DNA of 64,000 bases from the human T2T-CHM13v2.0 reference genome, Homo sapiens, in the NCBI RefSeq assembly GCF_009914755.1, contig NC_060936.1; one strand, written 5' to 3'. This document shows, in pieces, positions 54,201 to 64,000 of the stretch (its first letter is position 1; every line of letters begins with the position of its first letter). The notes under the pieces were generated by a model. The model was not told the origin of the DNA. It was given only the letters and a program-made list of their open reading frames with translations, and did not search any database. A program made the position numbers and the translations under genes.

Positions 54201-55774
54201 TAATAAAGACAGCTTCTAGAATAGAATACAGGGCATAGAGACTGCCTCAGCGTGGATTGGGTTTCTGTTCCTGAGCCCGCTCATGACTCATACTTGGGAG
54301 ATTAAGCAATGTGGAGTGTAGCTGTTGGCAGCAATATGCCAGATCGTGAAAACAACACATTTTGTTTTGAAGATAAAAATACCGTTCTCCAGGAAATGGT
54401 TCTATCGGAAAGACATTTGTTAAGTGACGAGTTCAAATCTTGACTCATGGATAACCTAGATATTAGAGGAAAAGCAAAGGTAATAAAAATAAGTTTGGCA
54501 TTAAAAGGAGGAGACAACATTTATTAAAAAAATTAGTCAGGTATGTGCCTTGTCTCTGAGCATCAGCAGGCCAACCTTATTTAATAGTTCTTTGTTAAAA
54601 GCTAAGAATTTATACCACCTTAAAGCTGTCAGGGGCTTTAGGGAGCCCGAAGTGTAATTCATCAGAGTTGATGCTTACGTGTGATGAGCCTGAGCCCTTG
54701 AACACTTGATCAGGATTTTTCCTCTATAATCTTTATTTTTGGTGAATGATATTTTGGTATGTGGAAAGTGCACATAAGCTACTCAAATCCAAATGCTGTC
54801 TCTTTCTTTTAGTTTTTTTTTTTTAACCTAGAGTAAGACAAGTCTATAGCCCTTTATTCTATCATTTTCTAATTTAGTTTCCTATATTCCCATTACACTT
54901 AATCTCCAACCCAGGAAGAAGATGAGGAGAGAGGAAAGGAATATAGGATTCACTCCATCTCCCTGCAGCGTCTTGCAGGTCAGGGGTCTCATAATGAATT
55001 GAGTAAGTTAGGGACCAGCACTTTTAAACATTGAAGTGAAATCAAATAGAAAACATCGAAGTGGCTTGCATGTAGTCAGCCTAAAGTATGTTTTTAATCA
55101 TATATAAACTCTATGTCTATGTATGTGTATGTGTGTATTTATATATCTCGTGTGACTGAGTTGCAACATAATATGTTTATCTTACCGTATGTCATAGTCA
55201 AAAAACTCTGAAAATCAATATTGTATCTTATGGATTATTCTCTTCTCAGGGCCATCTTTCCAAGGGATCCCAGGACGGGGGTAGTTGGAGGGCCACTTTT
55301 TTACAGCCTGCGTGACCAAAATGCCAATGCGTCTTCAGAGCCTCGAGTTCTCAGTAGCTAAGTGTGTCAGAGTAGAGGAACAACATAGGTTTCCAGCACT
55401 CATACTTCTCACATAGCAAAAATGAAGAATTAAACAGTCTCTTCATCTTGACGTCACCTGCGTTCTTCACACAGTGCTTTCAATACCATCTCTGGATGCC
55501 ATCTTTGTAGATTGTTTGTTTGTTTGACATTTACTTTTTTTTTTTTTTCCAATTCGGTAATACTGATTCTTGACTTCCCCCTCTTTTTGGTACCTTTGTG
55601 ATTCTACTTGTACCTTCCTTCTTTCCCTCTTCCCCCTTCTGTGTATATGAATAGATATTCCATGCACATCAAGAATATGGGGGAAGTGATGTTTCTCCCT
55701 TCTCAGTGTGTCACATATGGATGTGTACAGCGTCAGCTTGTCCCAATACTGGAGATCTTTTTCTGACTATGTAA

Positions 55775-55778
<4 letters not shown>

Positions 55779-55805
<27 letters not shown>
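55779..55805. repeat. (TG)n microsatellite
   Basis: About 13 units. Confidence 0.95.
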
Positions 55806-56252
55806 ATACACACCAGCTATGTGTGCTGGGCTAAGGCTTCCTCCCTTAGTTAAGCTGGTATTCCCTGGTTTCTCCGTGTACTGTACAGGTATTATATTTC
55901 CTTTGTAATTAGTAAGTAATTTTTGAGAGGGTGCTCTTAATCTCTATCCTCATCAAACTTTCACTTGCAAATTTTAGCATTCATTAGTGGCTTTTGCCTA
56001 GTAATGTAGGCTTGGACTGTTTCTCCTACCTGACCTCTCAATCTTGAAAAGTTTTCTCCATTTTTAACAATCATTTATTAAAATGAATAGCTTGACTCTT
56101 GACCTCATATTCAAATGCCTAACCTCAAATTCTTCTGACCTACAATTCAAATTCTGCATGTAGCGTCTAGCTTAGACTTTTGGTCAAACAAGGACTCACT
56201 AAGGTTTGCATTTCTAAAGTTAGCTTCAGGATACTTAGAATATTAAGGAAAG

Positions 56253-56556
56253 GGCCAGGTGCGGTGGCTCATGCCTGTAATCCCAGCGTTTTGGGAGGAT
56301 GAAGCCAGTGGATCACCTGAGGTCAGGAGTTTGAGCCCAGCCTGGCCAACATGGTGAAACCTCATCTGTACCAAAAATACCAAAAAGAGCCGGGCATGAT
56401 GGCCTGTGCCTGTAGTCTCAGCTACTCAGGGAGCTGAGGCAGGAGAATCGCTTGAACCCAAGAGGCAGAGGTTGCAGTGAGCCGAGAACGCACCACTGCA
56501 CTCCAGCCTGGGCTACAGGCTGAGACTCCATCTCAAAAAAAAAAAAAAAAAAAAAA
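56253..56556 (+). mobile_element. Alu (S-type)
   Basis: Full dimer; TSD TATTAAGGAAA. Confidence 0.95.
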
Positions 56557-57126
56557 GGAGTATTAAGGAAATATTAAAAACTCTACATATTCAATGAAAA
56601 TTGACAATGCAGATTGTCAGCGGCTTATTCAGAGGCTGTGACAATTTTCCAAGGCTTTTCTAAGAGCGACATCTCGATCTTAACATTTCAGTAAGATTTG
56701 CTCCCGTTGGGTATTAATTTTTTGAAGCTTTTGTGATTGCATTAAAGTGGTGTCGCCATAAGTCATTATATTCACACTAGTTGTATTCTTGTTCAAGATT
56801 TGGAATAGCATAGAGAAAATGAAAGTGCTTGAATTAAATAATGGACAAATGCCTGTGCTGGGAAAGAAAACCTTGAACCTGCATAATTTTATGGCCAATT
56901 ATACAGGTTATAAATGCTGAAGTTTTAGGTCGGCTTGTGTAAAATATATTAGCAATTTCTATTGCATGCGTCGTGTACTGAGCTGTAATAAGCCACCGCA
57001 GGATGCACCACCTGCTCCCATTTGTTCTGTGGTGGGGGGTTTGGACCTTCTAATGCCTCCAAAGTCTTTGCTAATAAGGCTCAGCTTTTTCCTGTATCTG
57101 CAGATGTCTTGGTCTGGATCCCTCAC

Positions 57127-57430
57127 TTTTTTTCTTTTCTTTTTTTTTTTGAGATGGAGTCTCACTCTGTTACCCAGGCTGGGAGTGCAGTGCACCATCT
57201 CTGCTTACTGCAACCTCCGCCTCCCGGGTTTAAGCGATTATCCTGCCTCAGCCTCCCCAGTAGCTGGGATTACAAGTGCCTGCTACCACAGCCAGCTAAT
57301 TTTTGTATTTTTAGTAGAGACGGGATTTCGCCACGTTGGTCAGGCTGGTCTCGAACTCCTGACCTCAGGTGATCTGCCCTCCCGCCTCCCACAATGTTGG
57401 GATTACAGGCGTGAGCCACTGCGTCTGGCC
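57127..57430 (-). mobile_element. Alu (S-type)
   Basis: Full dimer; TSD GGATCCCTCACTTT. Confidence 0.95.
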
Positions 57431-57742
57431 AGGATCCCTCACTTTAGAGAGCAGATTCACTATAGGAATTTGGACTGTGAAGCAAATGTGTCTAAATTTA
57501 CGCCTCTTTTTCAGAAACTTTTATTACAAAATTAAACATATTTTCTCATTAAAAAAAAAATGCACCAGCTGAAAGCAGCCACCCCTGCATTTCTCCTGAT
57601 GCTGGGGTTTGGCCCTGCGAGGGCTGCTTCATGTGTGTCCGCTGGGCTCACTTGGACACTTACAGACGGCCCAACCCTCACTGGGTCCTGCATGAGCTCA
57701 TAATGTGTCCAGGGCCTCATGCAGCCGGGAGTCTCCAGACTA

Positions 57743-58332
<590 letters not shown>

Positions 58333-58644
58333 AAAAAGCCTCATTCTTAAGAATGAGAACAGAGATCGCGGGGCCAGATTAGAGGGTACCGGTGTGAACG
58401 GGGCAGTGGGGAGAGTGGGAAGCACAAAGTCTTCCCCCGCCCAGGCTTGGAAATCACATATGGCCACTGCCACTGACAGCCATTGGAAGTCCCAGGCCAG
58501 CCCCGGGTCTTGGGGTACAGTGATCTGTTCCACTTCAGATGGGAAGGGCTGCAAAGACTGTGGCCATCCACCACAAGCAGTCTTAGTGACAGCTTCCAAC
58601 CTGGGAAACAATGCTGCTTCTTTCTTTTCTTCATAAATAAATTT

Positions 58645-59218
58645 TTTGTTTTTTTTTTTTACTTTTTCCATATTTATTGAGGTACAATTAATGAAATTAT
58701 ATGTATGTGAGGTGTACAATGTGATGGTTTGGTATCTGTATACATTTTCCTTTATATACCTATGGACATGTGTTTGTTTATCTTTTCTTCAACTTTTATT
58801 TTAAGTTCTGGGTACATGTGCAGGATGTGCAGGTTTATTATGTAGGTTAACAATGTGCCATGGTGGTTTGCTACACAGATTATCCAATCACTTAGGTGTT
58901 AAGCCCAAGCATCCATTAGCTATTCTTCCTGATGCTCTGCCTCCTGCGACCCCAACCCTCCGACAGGCCCCAGTGTGTCCTTCCCCCATGTGTCCATGTG
59001 CTCTCATCATTCAGCTCCCACTGATAAGTGAGAACATTCGGTTTTTAGTTTTCTCTGCCTGCATTAGTTTGCTGAGGATAATGGCTCCCAACTCTATCCA
59101 TGTCCCTGCAAAGGACATGATCTCGTTCCTTTTTATGGCTGCATAGTATTCCATGGTGTATATGTACCATGTTTTCTTGATCCAGTCTATCATTGATGGG
59201 CGTTTGGGTTGATTCCAG
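58645..59218 (-). mobile_element. L1 3'-end fragments (L1MA-like about 58645-58745; L1PA-like about 58780-59218)
   Basis: GGTACATGTGCAGGATGTGCAGG...TCAGCTCCCACT.ATAAGTGAGAACAT; reverse-strand WNQPKRPSMIDWIKK ORF2 remnant. Confidence 0.9.
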
Positions 59219-59514
59219 GACATGCATTCATTTAGGTGTGTGGATCTCTCTATGCATATATGAGTTCATGAGGACATTAATATATAAACCATTTTTCTAG
59301 TTTCATCAAGACGTTATTCTTCCTATCTAGAATTGCATCTAAATCTTTTCTAGAACGTCTGGCTCCTATTTCAGTCATAGTTGAGTCAGTTCCCCCGTGC
59401 CTCGTCCTTTTTCTTTGCAGCAAAAGTTGCATTTTACAGCCTGAGCTCAGCTCCATTTTTTCCCACCAGAAATCATTAGTTTACAGCAAGGAAATTAATA
59501 TAAAAGTAAGAGTA

Positions 59515-59801
59515 GGGGCGGGGTGTGGTGGCTCACGCCTGTAATCCCAGCACTTTGGGAGCCCAAGGCGGGCAGATCACCTGAGGTCAGAGTTTGAGAC
59601 CAACCTGGCCAACATGGTGAAACCCCATGTCTACTAAAAATACAAAAATTAGCCAGGTGTGGTGGTGCATGCCTATAATCCCAGCTACTCAGGAGGCTGA
59701 GGCAGGAGAATTGCTTGAACCCAGGAGGAGGAGGTTGCAGTGAGCCGAGCCGAGATTGCACCACTGCACTCAGCCTGGACAACAGAGCAAGACTCTGTCT
59801 C

Positions 59802-59841
<40 letters not shown>
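59515..59841 (+). mobile_element. Alu (S-type) with an (AAT)13 tail upstream of exon 7
   Basis: Full dimer; TSD TAAGAGTAGG. Confidence 0.95.
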
Positions 59842-59842
<1 letters not shown>

Positions 59843-59963
59843 GAGTAGGAGAAGCTGGCCTCGAAGTCAGAGGCCTCCACTTCTGAATGCATCTGTGATG
59901 TCATTGCTACTGCAGCATCCAGAGCCCTCCCCACTGAAAACATTCTGAACTCTTCTCTTACAG

Positions 59964-60059
59964 AGATTAACCAAAGTGCTGATAATTTGCACATATTTCT
60001 TCTGATATGTGGACTTCGACAAGTTAAGGATCCTCTCTATCTGGTGGACGCATTTTCAG
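59964..60059 (+). CDS. GLT1D1: GLT1D1 exon 7, (E)[31 protein letters not shown](A)
   Basis: TCTCTTACAG acceptor; CAG|GTGTGT donor; 96 nt, phase 1 to 1; encodes the GT-B C-domain G-x-R-x-x-K loop. Confidence 0.94.
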
Positions 60060-60709
60060 GTGTGTTTGCTGGCTACCTTCCTCCACTGTTTATAGAATTC
60101 CTTGTGGGCGCCCATCTCAGCATTTCTCTCTTCAGGGCCCTGAGTTTTCTTTCCTCATTCTTTGCACGTGAGCAGAGCTGTTTCTAGATTGCTACTTTGG
60201 AAAAGAACAGAAAAATAATGCATGGGATCAGCAGCTCTTTGGAGGAATTTCTGTTTAGTTTTCCACTGTCCTGTGCCCTCAGGTTCTGAGAAAATCATAA
60301 AAATAGCAAATAATGATAGGACTAAAATAATTTTACCTGAAAATATTTCACACATGCTGATTTGTGTGATGCATTTGGAGTTTTGGTTATTGTTTAAGGT
60401 AATCGATATAGTCTTGGTATATTCCAAAGTCCACATTGAATTGGGGTGATATTGGAGACTAGTCCTAGTTATCCAGTAAATTAGAAATCTGGACAATGGA
60501 TAATATTGTAGAAATTCACTTAAAATCATAAAATGTCAAATACAGAAATTCTAAATAAATATAATTTAAATTGCCTAATATTATGAATGAAAGCCAAATG
60601 ATATGAAATAATTTATGTTATTGAGAAATTTATATTGAAGTTAGTTGTGCTTGCAGCTGTGACTTAAACCCATTTGAAGTGTTTTTTTGTCTTCTTTTTT
60701 CTTCCCAAG

Positions 60710-60759
60710 CCTGGCATCAGGAGGAGCCCAATGTGCACCTGGTGATTGTGGGTCCTGAA
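60710..60759 (+). CDS. GLT1D1: GLT1D1 exon 8, (A)WHQEEPNVHLVIVGPE
   Basis: Pyrimidine tract then AAG acceptor; GAA|GTAAGT donor; 50 nt, phase 1 to 0; LVIVG strand typical of GT4-like enzymes. Confidence 0.94.
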
Positions 60760-60768
60760 GTAAGTTGA

Positions 60769-61139
<371 letters not shown>

Positions 61140-61318
61140 TTACATTGCTCTTCTAACCAAGTGGAGTTTTCCTCTTTTTAAGTAAATGAAGTCAATTTGC
61201 CTCTTAAAAATGAAAACTAGACCAAGGTTAAAGATCATTACAACAGCAATGAATCTTGACGACTAATTTATTGCTACAAAGGATAACTAATAACTTCTAC
61301 GGAAATACAGAGGAGTCC

Positions 61319-61655
61319 GGCTGGGCGCACTGGCTCACGCCTGTAATCCTGGCAACTTCGGGAGGCTGAGGCGGGCAGATCACCTGAGGGCAGGAGTCGG
61401 AGACCAGCCTGGACAACATGGTGAAACCCCCATCTCTACTAAAAATACAAAATTTAGCTGGGCATCGTGGTGGGTGCCTATAATCCCAGCTACTCAGGAG
61501 GCTGAGGCAGGAGAATCGCTTGAACCCGAGAGGTGGAAGCTGCAGTGAGCCAAGGTCGCACCGCTGTCTGTACTCCAGCCTGGCCGACAGAGCAAGACTC
61601 TGTCTCAAAAAAAAAAAAAACAAAAAAAACAAAAAAGAATAGAAAAAAAGAAAAG
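61319..61655 (+). mobile_element. Alu (S-type)
   Basis: Full dimer; TSD GAAATACA(G/T)AGGAGTCC. Confidence 0.94.
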
Positions 61656-62197
61656 AAATACATAGGAGTCCTATAAAAAGAAAATTAAAGTTATATAAAG
61701 TGAAAATTAGTCTAATTTGGTGCATAAGGCAAATATTATGTGTGATCCAAATTGTCTTTGAAATTTCCTTAAATTGCTCAACAAACTTGGCACGGTTCCT
61801 TCCACCCAGCATCAGATGGCAGGTGACACCTTTGGGAGCCTTGTTGTGTGGAAAATGAGTATCTGTAAATCCGAGAAACACGCTGGGATGGGAGACGTTC
61901 TGGTGGCCGTGACTATGGTGGCCGTGACCGAGGGATGGAGCCCCTGAGAGCCACTTGCAGATGCCGCCTCCCATTCCATGGGGACTCTGGGATATTCACT
62001 CGTCCCTCACCAGATCAGGACCAAACACGTGCTGTGTTCCACGCCAGTCCTAATAGAAGTCCCAAGGGCTTAGGATTCATAGAATCTGTGGCTGCACTGG
62101 TCATCTCATGAGAATGAGCTCGTCTTTACTCCAAGCGGTTTGGAAAACAGAATACACCTAGTGTTTCCAGCCAGACAGGGTGGACCGCTGCCAGTGA

Positions 62198-62525
<328 letters not shown>

Positions 62526-62554
62526 TCTTTGTGGGGTTTTTGTTCCAGGGTTGC

Positions 62555-62883
62555 TGCTATGGCCTGAGTGTGTGCATCCCTCCAGATTCCTATGTTGAAA
62601 CCTGTTCCCCAGTGTGAGGGTATTAGGAGGTGGGGCCTTTGGGGGTGATTCAGATATGAGGGCAGATTTGTGCCCATTAGGGAGGCCCCGGAGAGCTGCC
62701 TCGCCCCTTCCACCAAGCGAGGACCTGGCGAGCATCTGGATGGGAAGCAGGCCTCGCAGACACCCATCTTTCCCGCACCTCAGTGTTGGCTTCCACCCTC
62801 TGGAACCATGAGCAGCACATTTCTGTTGTTCGTCAGCCTCTGCTTTATGGTATTTTGCAATAGCAGCTCACATGGACTAAGCT
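62555..62883 (+). mobile_element. MLT1A-like MaLR solo LTR
   Basis: TGCTATGG.CTGA.TGT..TCCCTCCA.ATTCCTATGTTGAAACCT start; TATGGTATTTTG..ATAGCAGC..ATGGACTAAG end. Confidence 0.85.
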
Positions 62884-63283
62884 GCCTGGTCTGCAGCGTT
62901 AAATAAAGTCTGTGTGGCTGCACTGGTCATCTCATGAGAAAGAGCTTGCACTGACTCCAAGCAGTTTGGAAAACAAAACGCACTTAGCGTTTCCAGCCAG
63001 ATGGGGTGTACCATTGGCAGTGATGACTCCGTTTCTTCAGGGGTGTTCTGTTTCCGGTCCCTAAAGCAGCAGTGTCCCTGAAAATCTGAGTGAAGCGAAC
63101 TCTACACAACTGCCAGGCACCTTGTCTGTTTTGTGGTTCTTTCTTATATAGTTTTTTGTAGTTCCCTAGGGACCCCAAAAAAGCATGACATGGGAGTTAC
63201 AAGCTTTTCTCAGTATTTTCAAAGGCTTTTGGAAATATTTACCTGGAAAGGGCCACAAAAGGTATTAAAAATGTCAAGGGCTA

Positions 63284-63653
<370 letters not shown>

Positions 63654-64000
63654 TTACGCTTAAATGTGGCAGTTTGTTAACATACACCCACATATATGCA
63701 TGCACACACACACCTTAAGTGCTAGCATTGTAGTAGTAACAAGATAATTCCCAGTGTGCTAATTCATGTTAAGTCCCATAGAGGTATGGTTATTATTATT
63801 ACTTTTTAAAATTATCTTGTCATTTTTCTGTTTGAAGAACATTGAAAGAAAAACTTCTAGTTTGATGCTAAAATTCTGGCTAATCAAGAGAGAAGGCCTC
63901 AGACTGGGAGCCATGAGCAGGCAACAACAGTATCTAGAAGGCATTTAATAATGTGGTTTTCTTTTTCATTGTTTTCATTCTGATGATCACATCTCAGGTA

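Overview
Primate (human-like) genomic DNA, almost entirely intronic and very Alu-rich (about 60 Alu copies or fragments, plus L1, L2, MIR, MaLR and ERV1 LTRs, hAT fossils and microsatellites). Seven short + strand exons with GT-AG boundaries (9553-9701, 22302-22407, 32899-32950, 46062-46098, 48571-48627, 59964-60059, 60710-60759) splice into one open 547-nt frame. I recognise it as the middle of GLT1D1, an orphan GT-B glycosyltransferase; its first and last exons lie outside the window. Nearly all ORFs in the supplied track are Alu, L1 or microsatellite artefacts. The best lead is that the spliced peptide carries LALHxxR, GVxxGGTD and LRQVKxP motifs matching those I recall from the bacterial selenosugar synthase SenB, which makes GLT1D1 a candidate for the unidentified mammalian selenosugar-forming enzyme (inference, untested). 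Secondary leads are an in-frame skippable 240-nt exon block containing the putative catalytic Lys, inverted Alu pairs around exons, a sense THE1 LTR with a DUX4 motif, and several template-switch scars. Repeat boundaries and subfamily names were read by eye and are approximate.
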